DNA of 64,000 nucleotides, taken from assembly GCA_903919075.1 (NCBI GenBank), contig CAIXGR010000072.1:1210-65209 (forward strand), read 5' to 3'. A program made the position numbers and the translations under genes. The number at the start of each line of letters is the position of its first letter. The stretch's first letter is position 1. Positions 9,133-18,665 of this stretch are shown here, piece after piece. The notes beneath the pieces were generated by a model. It searched no databases. It was given only the letters and a program-made list of their open reading frames with translations, and had not been told where the DNA came from. This DNA is from an uncultured Bacteroidota bacterium (lineage in GTDB: Bacteria; Bacteroidota; Bacteroidia; Chitinophagales; LD1).

Positions 9133-10497
9133 ATGAAGATGAGACTATTATATCTTATAATATTTTTTTTAGCGATTTGTACGCCTGCTAAAAATATACA
9201 GGCACAAGATTCGGTGCAGGTGCTTTTGCTGGATGATTGCATTCGCATTGGGCTTGATCAGTCAACACATATATTGCTTAGTAAAGATTCACTGCAAATT
9301 ACCGGTGCCGCTTTATTAGGCACTTACGGTAATTTTTTGCCTAACCTGGCTTTTAATGCCAACTATGGTTACACCAGTGGTAAAAATTTGCTAACCACTG
9401 CCGGACCGGTATTGACTAAATCGAGCGGTAGCCAAATGAATTATCAGCTAACCAGTACCATTAATATTTTTAATGGATTGTCTGACTATTCGGCCTTGAA
9501 AGCAGCCACGCTATCAAAATCGGCTTCGGAATTTAATTTAGAGCGCGCCAAACAGCAAATTGCATTTGATATTTCACAATCGTTTTTGCAAATAATACTT
9601 GATAGGCGTATTGTGCAATATGACAGTCAAAACCTGGCGGCTTCAACCAAGCGCGAAAACCAATTGCAGGAATTAACCAATGTGGGGCGTAATGCCATGT
9701 CGGATTTGTACCAGCAACAGGCCGAAACGAGCAGCGATAAATTATTTTTAATACAAGCGCAGGAAAAGCTGAAGAACGACATTATTCTATTGCTGCGTAA
9801 AATAAAAATAAGTGCAACAGATAAATACACCATTGCTGAAATGGCGCCCGATACTTTGCCTTTGGGTGCAGAGTATGAAAATGTGCAGGATTTGATTGCA
9901 AAAGCCATGCAGCAAAGGCCTGATGTTAAATCGCTGGCGCTAAACCCAAAAATTGCCGAATGGCAAATCAAACAATTTAAAAGCGGGTATTTACCTAAGT
10001 TAAACCTTCAGGGCGGGTTGGTTTCCAACGGTGGTTATTTGAATGAACTTTATGTAAATGGAGTTAATACCCTGGGCCCTCAGGAACCGCTGGGTAAAGC
10101 TTATTTTGGGCAGGTATATGGTGCGGTAGCACTTAATCTTTCATGGAATATTTTTGACCGGTTGTACACCAAAACCAATGTATCAATTGCCAGAATATAC
10201 CAGCGCAATGCGCAATTACTTAATGATGATCTTGCGGTGCAGGTTTCAGCAGACATTAAAGAGGCTTACAATGATTATTTAGCCGCACTGCAACAAATTG
10301 AAACATCTAAACGCGGATTATATGCAGCAACGCAAGCCTTCGAAGTAGTGCAGGGAAAATACAACGTGGGGCAGGCAACATTTGTTGAGCTTTCAAATGC
10401 GCAGATAGTTCTATTACAAGCCCAGGTAAGTAAAGCGCAAGCTGATGTTAGTTTAGCTTTGCAGAAAAAAATTATCGATTATTATATCGGTCAATAA
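9133..10497 (+). CDS. TolC family outer membrane efflux protein
   Basis: Signal peptide; two OEP repeats (FLPNLAF..., YLPKLNL..., KYNVGQATFVEL); third gene of the RND operon. Confidence 0.92.
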   Translation: MKMRLLYLIIFFLAICTPAKNIQAQDSVQVLLLDDCIRIGLDQSTHILLSKDSLQITGAALLGTYGNFLPNLAFNANYGYTSGKNLLTTAGPVLTKSSGSQMNYQLTSTINIFNGLSDYSALKAATLSKSASEFNLERAKQQIAFDISQSFLQIILDRRIVQYDSQNLAASTKRENQLQELTNVGRNAMSDLYQQQAETSSDKLFLIQAQEKLKNDIILLLRKIKISATDKYTIAEMAPDTLPLGAEYENVQDLIAKAMQQRPDVKSLALNPKIAEWQIKQFKSGYLPKLNLQGGLVSNGGYLNELYVNGVNTLGPQEPLGKAYFGQVYGAVALNLSWNIFDRLYTKTNVSIARIYQRNAQLLNDDLAVQVSADIKEAYNDYLAALQQIETSKRGLYAATQAFEVVQGKYNVGQATFVELSNAQIVLLQAQVSKAQADVSLALQKKIIDYYIGQ

Positions 10498-10616
10498 TTT
10501 TTACCCCCTTGATTCTTAAATTGAAAGTGCAAGCAAAAAATTCCTCAATTAGTTAAATGTATTTGGGTCTACTTATTTTAAAACAAAAATAGGTAGCTTG
10601 CCTAAAATTACGTTTT

Positions 10617-12188
10617 ATGAAAAAATATATACTTATTGTTTTTATCGTATTGACTGGTGCTTTGGGCATTTACGCCCAACAATCGAATAATATTGATTAT
10701 ACAGCCCTGCAATTGCCTATAGGCAATACGGATGTGGCACCTGTTCCCTTCCACCAATATTTGCAACAGCATAAATCCGATTTTCAGCGTGGTGGTGGTG
10801 TGTTTAGAAATATTGTTTATAAAGAAATAGGATACCGACATGACGTTTCGCCGGCTGCTACCTGGCTGCCGACTGACTCAGGCTTATTTACCTATAACGC
10901 ACAGGCAAAACTTATTGAGGCTGACTCGGTAGTTAATCCTACCCATTACGGTCCGTGGGTTGACCAAAGTAAGGTGCAGTATACCTATGACGCAAACAAT
11001 AACCCCCTAACATGGGCTTTGCAATATTATAATACCGGTAGCAGCGCCTTTGTAAATTCGAAACGGTATGGGCGCACTTACAATAGCAGCAATTATCTTG
11101 TAAGCGATACAGAGCAAATTTGGTCTGACGGAAACTGGCTGAACCAAACGCTTACCTCAAATACCTATGATGGTAATAATAATTTAACCCAGCAGATTAA
11201 CGCAGTATGGGATACTATAGGTAATGCGTGGTTAAATTCCACCAAATCTGTTCGCACTTATGATGTGAGTAATTCTTTAATGAATAGTATTACGGAAACA
11301 TGGATTGGCGGCAATTGGAGTAATACCTATCAGTATATATTTACACGCGATGCTAACCATAATGTGCTTACAGAAACAGTGCAAAACTACCCTACCAACG
11401 CTTGGGTAAATTGGTACTTATATACCTCCACATATGATGGGCAAGCAAACCGGGTTAGCTTTAATGAGCAAAGCTGGAACACCGGAAGCAGTTCATGGAT
11501 GAATGTTTACCAAGAGGCTTACTCTTACGATGCAAACCACAACATGCTAACGCAAATTGAAAGCCAATGGAATAGTGGCAGCAGCACCTATGTAAATACT
11601 ATTAAACATACATATACTTATAACGGCGCAAATAAGGAACTGAGCAATATTTATCAAACCTGGAATGCCGGTAGCAGCATATTTGTGAATGCCAATGAAT
11701 ACTTATATTACTATGATGCCAATAATAATGATACGCTTGAGGAACCTTTTAATTGGATAAATAATGCATGGTCGCCTACAACAGCACTACACTATAGCTA
11801 CGACCTTAGCAACAATGTGATTTACGAATTAAGCCAGCAATATGAAGTAAATCAATACGTAGGCGTAGATCAATTTTTCTTTTACTACCAATCATTTAGT
11901 GTAAGCGATGTCGACAAAGAAAAAAATGAATTACATGCTACACTATATCCCAATCCGGGCTCAGGAAATGATATTTATGTAAAACTTGATTTGGAAGAAC
12001 CCGCTACTCTTAATTTAAGAACATACGATACGGAGGGAAGAATAATAAGTATTGAGAACCACCCTGCAACTTCAGGAGCCAATACTATACCACTAAGTTA
12101 CCGGGGAATGTTTAAAGGTACCTATTTTGTTCAAATCACTAACCGGAATAACGGAAAAACAGGAGTATTGAAATTTGTGAGAGAATAA
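10617..12188 (+). CDS. T9SS type A sorting domain protein with ~10 tandem YxYD-type beta-hairpin repeats
   Basis: Signal peptide; ~30-aa repeats YxYDxNxN.....Q.W......W.N; C-terminal LYPNP...YDTEGR...GTYFVQI...KFVRE. Confidence 0.85.
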   Translation: MKKYILIVFIVLTGALGIYAQQSNNIDYTALQLPIGNTDVAPVPFHQYLQQHKSDFQRGGGVFRNIVYKEIGYRHDVSPAATWLPTDSGLFTYNAQAKLIEADSVVNPTHYGPWVDQSKVQYTYDANNNPLTWALQYYNTGSSAFVNSKRYGRTYNSSNYLVSDTEQIWSDGNWLNQTLTSNTYDGNNNLTQQINAVWDTIGNAWLNSTKSVRTYDVSNSLMNSITETWIGGNWSNTYQYIFTRDANHNVLTETVQNYPTNAWVNWYLYTSTYDGQANRVSFNEQSWNTGSSSWMNVYQEAYSYDANHNMLTQIESQWNSGSSTYVNTIKHTYTYNGANKELSNIYQTWNAGSSIFVNANEYLYYYDANNNDTLEEPFNWINNAWSPTTALHYSYDLSNNVIYELSQQYEVNQYVGVDQFFFYYQSFSVSDVDKEKNELHATLYPNPGSGNDIYVKLDLEEPATLNLRTYDTEGRIISIENHPATSGANTIPLSYRGMFKGTYFVQITNRNNGKTGVLKFVRE

Positions 12189-12201
12189 ATACGAAACAAA
12201 G

Positions 12202-12624
12202 TTAGAAGTTCATTATAAGGCCAATTTCATTACGCCTTATAATACCGGCACTCATTTTTATTGGCACTCCGGTTGCCATAACCTTTTGTTGATTGAAAAG
12301 GCTTGCTACGGGGATTGGAAACCCAATAATAAAACCGGGTACGTGAATAAACGGAATTGCTAAAACCGCCGAAACAAGCGGAAAAGCCACCTCGGGTGAC
12401 TGCTTGTTTGGGAATAAAATTGCCGGAATAATTTTTTCAATCGACAAACCAGGATTATTGGTTTTAACAAAGGCTTTTGCATTGTATATATGAGCAGCTT
12501 CAGCCTTATTTATCTTAGCTACTAACTCAACACGCTTTACGGGCTCACTGCTTCTGTAATTACCTTGCGAGAAAGCAATTTGGAAGAAAAAAAAAGAAGC
12601 AAAATATATACAACCCGATTTCAT
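12202..12624 (-). CDS. Hypothetical membrane/secreted protein
   Basis: ATG at 12624 with a signal-like N-terminus (CIYFASFFFFQIAFS-Q) and a hydrophobic C-terminal segment. No family recognised. Confidence 0.45.
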   Translation of the reverse strand: MKSGCIYFASFFFFQIAFSQGNYRSSEPVKRVELVAKINKAEAAHIYNAKAFVKTNNPGLSIEKIIPAILFPNKQSPEVAFPLVSAVLAIPFIHVPGFIIGFPIPVASLFNQQKVMATGVPIKMSAGIIRRNEIGLIMNF

Positions 12625-13026
12625 AAAATTTAATTTTCGCAATAAAAAAGTGTTTTAATTGTGTTTTACAAATAATCCTAGTCCTACTACATAAAAGTAA
12701 CGTTAACTATGTCGCGTATGTTACACGATTCTGGAAATAACTTGCATTATTCGTGCCATTTTTTAACACTTGACAAGTGGTTAATGTTAAATGGGGGCAT
12801 ATCTCCTATTTTAAGGATGGCTAAATAGGCCTGAGGGTTAACAACATTATTGCAACTAAATGGCTAAAACTCTTTATTTAAATATTGTTTAAGCAAAGTT
12901 AAACAGCCAGCATAGATTAAGTTTAACTTATTTCATCGCCTACATCATTCAATGATTTATTAGTACAAGGAAGGTCTTATTAGCAAAAACATTTAATTTT
13001 GTTAATCGACCACAATAAATAATTAC

Positions 13027-15420
13027 ATGAGAAAGCTTTTTTTACCCTTTGCGTTAACCTTTTTTGCTGTTATCAACCAATCATATGCAGGTATTGTAAA
13101 CGTGCAAGATGCGCAGAATGTAGCGTTGAATTTCTTTAAGATAACTACTTCTAATCCGGCTAGCCACACCCCTATTGCCGCTACTTTAAAATACACACAA
13201 ACAAATGCCGCCAATAGTGTTAATTTTTATGTTTTTGACATAAGCCCCATGAAAGGTTTTGTAATAGTTGCTGCAAACGATAATGTAATTCCTATTTTGG
13301 GCTATTCAACCGAAAGTGGCTTTAATGCCAATTTCAGAAAAACAGGCGTTGCTAATTGGGCAAATAAAACAACAACTAATATTGATTTGGCACTGCAAAA
13401 TAATGCACTTGCCGATGAGCGGATAAATAAACAGTGGGCCGCATACCGGCAGGGACAAAACCTCGGAGTCGAGAAAAATATAATAGTAGGCCCGTTATGT
13501 ACTACCACCTGGGACCAAGAAAATGATATTAATAACCCACCCCCCTTTTTATATAATCTTTATTGCCCGTATAATGTTGCTGATACGCAACGCTGTCTTA
13601 CCGGTTGCGTTGCCACAGCACAGGCCCAGGTAATGAAATATTGGAATTACCCGGCCCAGGGCATGGGCTCATATTCGTATAATGATGCTGTATCTAATAA
13701 CTATTCTTTTAACTATGGCATTCAATCCTCAAACTTTGCTGCACATACTTATCAGTGGTCGTTAATGACACCGGTGCTAACTGGCGAAGAACCGGGCGCC
13801 CAGGATTCAGCTGTGGCATTATTGATGTACGATTGCGCTGTAAGCGTAGGCATGGATTTTGGAGATGACAACCAAGATGGCAGCGCGGCTTTTGCTGTGC
13901 TTTCTGAAGTGTTACCTGATTCAGATTGCTCGCAGTATGCACTTGTAAAATATTTTTCATATAACCCTGATTCAATACGCGGGATTCTTGAATCCAGTTA
14001 TTCGTCTTCATCGTGGACTAACCTGATGAAAAATGAATTGAATTTGGGAAGGCCGATTTTATATGGAGGCGAGGATGCCACCGCAGGTGGCCACGAGTGG
14101 GTATGCGATGGTTATGATGCCAACAACAACCTGCATATGAACTGGGGTTGGGGTGGCTTGGACAACGGATTCTTCGCCATTAACAACCTGACCACTACCG
14201 GCACCGGAACATTCAATCCAGTACTTAATGACGATGCAGTGATAGGAATTGTACCCAAATACCCAAAGGCTCCTATTTCCAATTTTACAGCTTCGTTTTC
14301 CACCACTTGTTCCGGTGATGTAAAGTTCACAGACCTTTCGCAATATTTACCAACTACTTACCAATGGAGTTTTGGTGATGGGGGAGAAATAACAGGTGTA
14401 AGCAACCCGGAGTATAGTTACACAGCTAATGGCAATTATACTGTAACATTCACAGCAGGAAATTCTGCTGGGTCAACGTCAGCAACAATGTCTATAACTG
14501 TTGATATACCACTGGCCCCAACAGCTAGCAATGTTTCGGGTATCGGCCCTCAATCATTTTCACTTTCGGCCAATACATCAAACCCTGTTGCCTGGTATAA
14601 CAGTAATCATGTGTGGGTTTCAAATGCAAATCCTTTTATAACGCCTATACTAAATGACACTACAGTTTATTATGTCGAAGATTCAATTATTTCTGCTTCA
14701 GCACATGTAGGCCCTTTAAAAAAACAAATAGGCGTTGGAGCATACTCACCCGATCCCTACGCGTTGCAATTTAACGTGCTGCATCCGTGTATTATTCAAA
14801 GTGTATATGTGTATGCTAAATATGCTGCAAACCGCACTATACAAGTTCTGGATTCAACAGGCCATGTAATAGCACAAACAACCGTTTATTGCCCAAAAGA
14901 CAGCAGCCGTATAACACTTAATTTGAATCTTAATGCCGGTGGCCCGTATTATATGCAAATTGCCGATACGCTTGGGCTTTTCCGAAATAGTAACGGGGCT
15001 CATTATCCTTATCATGATTCGCAGGGATTGGTTAACATTACCGGTAACACCTCATTTGATCTGACTAATTATTACTACTTCTACGATTGGATAGTTAAAG
15101 CGCCTGATTGCGTTTCGCCACGTTCACGCGTTACTGCATATGTTACCACAACTCCCACCGGTATAAGCACTTTAAAAGACGACTTTTCGTTTAGCATGTT
15201 TCCCAATCCTGCAAGTAACGAAGTAGTATTACAAACAAACATCACCGGTACAGAAATAATATGGTACGTAAAAAATATTTTAGGACAAACTGTAATCAGC
15301 AAACCCGGTGATGCTGGAGAAACACATATTAAGCTGGACAACCTTACCAACGGCGTTTATTTAGTTGAACTGCATTTTGGAGAAAAATCTGTAGTAAAGA
15401 AACTGGTAGTTAACCGGTAA
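13027..15420 (+). CDS. C10 family cysteine peptidase (streptopain/interpain-like) with prodomain, PKD/Ig-like domains and T9SS CTD
   Basis: Prodomain GFVIVAANDNVIPILGYS; TTWDQ; catalytic TGCVATAQAQVMKY; GGHEWVCDGY; HMNWGWGG; PKD (YQWSFGDG); C-terminal MFPNPA...GVYLV...KKLVV. Confidence 0.93.
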   Translation: MRKLFLPFALTFFAVINQSYAGIVNVQDAQNVALNFFKITTSNPASHTPIAATLKYTQTNAANSVNFYVFDISPMKGFVIVAANDNVIPILGYSTESGFNANFRKTGVANWANKTTTNIDLALQNNALADERINKQWAAYRQGQNLGVEKNIIVGPLCTTTWDQENDINNPPPFLYNLYCPYNVADTQRCLTGCVATAQAQVMKYWNYPAQGMGSYSYNDAVSNNYSFNYGIQSSNFAAHTYQWSLMTPVLTGEEPGAQDSAVALLMYDCAVSVGMDFGDDNQDGSAAFAVLSEVLPDSDCSQYALVKYFSYNPDSIRGILESSYSSSSWTNLMKNELNLGRPILYGGEDATAGGHEWVCDGYDANNNLHMNWGWGGLDNGFFAINNLTTTGTGTFNPVLNDDAVIGIVPKYPKAPISNFTASFSTTCSGDVKFTDLSQYLPTTYQWSFGDGGEITGVSNPEYSYTANGNYTVTFTAGNSAGSTSATMSITVDIPLAPTASNVSGIGPQSFSLSANTSNPVAWYNSNHVWVSNANPFITPILNDTTVYYVEDSIISASAHVGPLKKQIGVGAYSPDPYALQFNVLHPCIIQSVYVYAKYAANRTIQVLDSTGHVIAQTTVYCPKDSSRITLNLNLNAGGPYYMQIADTLGLFRNSNGAHYPYHDSQGLVNITGNTSFDLTNYYYFYDWIVKAPDCVSPRSRVTAYVTTTPTGISTLKDDFSFSMFPNPASNEVVLQTNITGTEIIWYVKNILGQTVISKPGDAGETHIKLDNLTNGVYLVELHFGEKSVVKKLVVNR

Positions 15421-15434
15421 TTTTTCTCAGTAAA

Positions 15435-16634
15435 TTAAAAACTCCATTTTAAGCGAGTATAAATTGCCGCGCCTTGAAACTTATAACTGCTTTGGTAAAA
15501 CGAACCCATAAATACCTGTCCCACTAAATCAAGGTCCCAGTTTTCTTTAATGGAATAACTAATGCCCGGATTAACAAACACTGCATTATCTCCCGAAGGG
15601 CTATAAATTACAGCCAGGCTGGTATTTAATAAAGGTGTGGCCGGATAGGTGACTTCAGTAAAAAGTGAATACCGGTACGGGTACAGATTTTTAGCTGAAA
15701 TGGCAATAGCAGTAATATCGCCAAGATTGGCGCGCATTCCGCCGCCACTGTTGTAAAGAAACGATACGTTTAAGTACCAATTATTTTTAAAAACATTATC
15801 AACTGAAATTGAACCTGAAAAATTACCCACCGTATCAAATGGCTTTGAGTAAGGTTGGAAGAAGCTCATTTCGCCTTTAAAACCGGCACCGCCTAAGTGG
15901 CCTGCCCAACCCCAACCGGCCACTAAATCGCGATGTGCTACGCCGCCGATAAACTGAAAATCGTATTGTTTGCGGTTGAATTTATATAGTGCTGCCGCTA
16001 CAATTTGGTCGGTTCTCGTTGCTATTTTGCCCGCCAGTTCAATACTTGAATTGGTGTTGCAATAGTAAGTTACTCGTAACGCATCGCTACCGGGGTGTTC
16101 TTCATAATCGAAATCGTAAAACGAATAGGCGTTGAAAATATCGTTAGGATTCCACACTAAGTTTACGCCCCAGTTTATTCTTTGCCGCCCCAATTTTATA
16201 TCCCACTTACCGCGCGTAAAATCTACAAAAGCCCTATCAAGCATGGTTTGGAATATGAACGAGCGCTCGTTGACAATAAGGACCGACATTTTATAGATAT
16301 CATTACTGCTATTATTTAATGCAGTGCCAAAACCCGGGCTGGCATTTATTAATGAGCCAAAATAAATTCGGGTGCGCGCTTCAAACACAAAAGTAAGTCC
16401 GGTTACAGGAAACCAGTGGAAGTTGATGCGATTATGAATTAAGTTATTGGTAAGAATATTATTTGCACCGCCGGATAGATTAACTGTTTCAAGGTCTTTA
16501 ATATAACCGTGCAGTTCCCACTTTTTTAGTTTAGTGGGTGCCGATGAGGATGAGTCTTGTTGTGCAATTGCGCACAAAACAAAAATCAACATAAAAAAAA
16601 TTAAAGGAAATATCCTTTGCAATAATTTCATCAC
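15435..16634 (-). CDS. Putative outer-membrane beta-barrel protein of a LolA-like/ABC operon
   Basis: Signal peptide; LDRAFVD...KLGRQRINWG...WNPNDIFN...PGSDALR; alternating beta strands and terminal Phe (RLKWSF). Confidence 0.75.
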   Translation of the reverse strand: MMKLLQRIFPLIFFMLIFVLCAIAQQDSSSSAPTKLKKWELHGYIKDLETVNLSGGANNILTNNLIHNRINFHWFPVTGLTFVFEARTRIYFGSLINASPGFGTALNNSSNDIYKMSVLIVNERSFIFQTMLDRAFVDFTRGKWDIKLGRQRINWGVNLVWNPNDIFNAYSFYDFDYEEHPGSDALRVTYYCNTNSSIELAGKIATRTDQIVAAALYKFNRKQYDFQFIGGVAHRDLVAGWGWAGHLGGAGFKGEMSFFQPYSKPFDTVGNFSGSISVDNVFKNNWYLNVSFLYNSGGGMRANLGDITAIAISAKNLYPYRYSLFTEVTYPATPLLNTSLAVIYSPSGDNAVFVNPGISYSIKENWDLDLVGQVFMGSFYQSSYKFQGAAIYTRLKWSF

Positions 16635-16636
16635 TG

Positions 16637-17320
16637 CTATTTGGAAACGTCTGATACAATGCGGCCATCAGTTAAAGTTATCACCCTACGGGCGCGGTTG
16701 ATAACGCGTTGGTCGTGGGTGGAGAAAATGAATGTTATTTTTTCTTCCTGATTTAACCGCCGCATAATATCTAACAGATTTTCGGCAGAGTGCGAATCAA
16801 GGTTGGCCGTGGGCTCATCGGCCAAAATAAATTTTGGTTTTGATGCTAATGCGCGGGCAACGGCGACACGCTGCTGTTGGCCGCCTGATAATTCGGAAGG
16901 GCGATTATTCATTTTGTCGGATAAACCTACGGCATTCATAAGCTCTTTTACTCTTACCTCTCTTTCGCTTTTCGATTTATCCTGCAACAACATTATAAAC
17001 TCTACGTTCTCTTTTGCAGTAAGCACCGGTATCAGATTATACGCTTGAAAAATAAAGCCGATGTTGTGCAAGCGAAAATCAATCAGCTTATTACTACTTA
17101 GTGAAGAGATTTCGTTGCCTTCAATTTTTACTGTGCCGGATGTAGGATGGTCTAACCCGCCAATGATATTGAGCAAAGTAGTTTTACCGGAACCGGATGG
17201 ACCTACTACAGCAGTAAACTCGCCTTGCTGTATAGTTAGTGTTACATCATCTAGTGCACGAACGGGCACTGCCAGTTCGTCGTAAACCTTATTCAGGTGG
17301 TTTGTTTCTATAACATTCAT
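16637..17320 (-). CDS. ABC transporter ATP-binding protein (LolD/MacB-like)
   Basis: Walker A GPSGSGKT, LSGGQQQRVAVARAL, ILADEPTANLD, STHD. Confidence 0.95.
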   Translation of the reverse strand: MNVIETNHLNKVYDELAVPVRALDDVTLTIQQGEFTAVVGPSGSGKTTLLNIIGGLDHPTSGTVKIEGNEISSLSSNKLIDFRLHNIGFIFQAYNLIPVLTAKENVEFIMLLQDKSKSEREVRVKELMNAVGLSDKMNNRPSELSGGQQQRVAVARALASKPKFILADEPTANLDSHSAENLLDIMRRLNQEEKITFIFSTHDQRVINRARRVITLTDGRIVSDVSK

Positions 17321-17323
17321 ATA

Positions 17324-18541
17324 TTATATTTTTCTAATTGCGTTAACAGGATTTAATTTTAATGCTTTATAAGCCGGATAAATTGAAGCCAGCAAGGCAA
17401 CAAGCATTACTTCTAAAAATATATTCCAATAATTGCGGCCGGCCATTTGCGGATAAACCATATTGCTAATACCAAAACCGGCCAGTGCTTTTGAAAACGA
17501 AGCCAGATCAATACCCCGGTGCGCAAAATATTTTATAGTAGAATAGCCAAACAATAAACCTAAAGGACCACCGGTGAGGGCCAAAAAGATAGTTTCGTAA
17601 ACTATCATAAAAAATATGCGGGTTTTGTTCATGCCAATGGCCATTAGCATACCAATCTCGCGAGTGCGTTCCATAATAGCCATTAGCATGGTGTTGATGA
17701 TGCCGAAGGCAAGCGACAATAAAATAATCATCATAAAAATGCCCATTAACTGGTCGAACATATCTACTACTACTGCTATTTCTGGTACAATTTCGCGCCA
17801 GCTTTCTGTTAGGGCTGCGGGCCATGCTGCCTGGTATTTTTTTTCAGTAGCGTTCATGGTGCTTTGGTTTTTTAGCAGCACGGCTATTTCATGAAAGCCA
17901 ACACTATCGCCGACTAAAGCTTGTAATTCTTCGCGCCTTATAAAAACATTTCCCTGATCGTAAGCAGAGTTGTTGGAGTGAAAGATTCCTGCCACCCTAA
18001 ACGCACCGGAAGTGATTTCGCCATTGGCTGCCTGAAAGGTTAATACTATTTTAGAATGCAGCTTCACCTTTAGCTTATCGGCGGTTTTATCGCTTATAAT
18101 AATTGGTGCGTGCAAGTTTTCGGCAAAGTATCCGCCCTCTTTAATTTTTTCAGCCAGCTTGGTTACCTGTTCTTCGCCGGTTGGGTCGACACCATTTATT
18201 TTTACACCGGCTGCGGTGGCGGGTGATGCTACCATGCCACTGCAAAGTATGCGACCGGTAGCTGCTTTTACTGAAGTATCGGCTTTTATGTTTTCTAATA
18301 TTTGTTGCCCGTTGGCAATGTATAAATGCACGTCGTAATCATCTTTATAATGTGCCTGATGAATTTGAAGATGCGACGTTTCGTTCTCTATTACATCGCG
18401 CATACGCTGGTCGAACATGCCGAAGAAGAAGCCGTATAAAAAAATACCTGCCCATACGCCTAATGTAATGGCAGTTATTACCACCAAGCTACGGTAGTGG
18501 CTTCTCCAGACATTTTTCCAAGCTAATTTTATGAGCATCAT
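17324..18541 (-). CDS. ABC transporter permease (FtsX/LolC-E/MacB-like)
   Basis: LAWKNVWR start, large periplasmic loop, GIINTMLMAIMERTREIG, PAYKALKLNPVNAIR. Confidence 0.92.
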   Translation of the reverse strand: MMLIKLAWKNVWRSHYRSLVVITAITLGVWAGIFLYGFFFGMFDQRMRDVIENETSHLQIHQAHYKDDYDVHLYIANGQQILENIKADTSVKAATGRILCSGMVASPATAAGVKINGVDPTGEEQVTKLAEKIKEGGYFAENLHAPIIISDKTADKLKVKLHSKIVLTFQAANGEITSGAFRVAGIFHSNNSAYDQGNVFIRREELQALVGDSVGFHEIAVLLKNQSTMNATEKKYQAAWPAALTESWREIVPEIAVVVDMFDQLMGIFMMIILLSLAFGIINTMLMAIMERTREIGMLMAIGMNKTRIFFMIVYETIFLALTGGPLGLLFGYSTIKYFAHRGIDLASFSKALAGFGISNMVYPQMAGRNYWNIFLEVMLVALLASIYPAYKALKLNPVNAIRKI

Positions 18542-18569
18542 TTTATTTGTTCTTTATTCATTTCAAAAT

Positions 18570-18620
18570 TCCCGGCCCCCCTCACCCTCTAACTCCCTAA
18601 AGGGAGAACCGCTCCCCGCA
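18570..18620. repeat. C-rich REP-like remnant containing a CTCCC-TAAA-GGGAG hairpin
   Basis: GC-rich patch inside an otherwise AT-rich 124-bp gap between two permease genes. Only one copy in the window. Confidence 0.35.
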
Positions 18621-18665
18621 AATACAACTACGTATTATCATTTTGCCATTTTACCAACATTCACA

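Noticed and set aside
10617-12188. Rhs/YD polymorphic toxin
   Set aside because: Too few repeats, no DPxG core-end motif and no toxin tip or immunity gene; it ends in a T9SS CTD.
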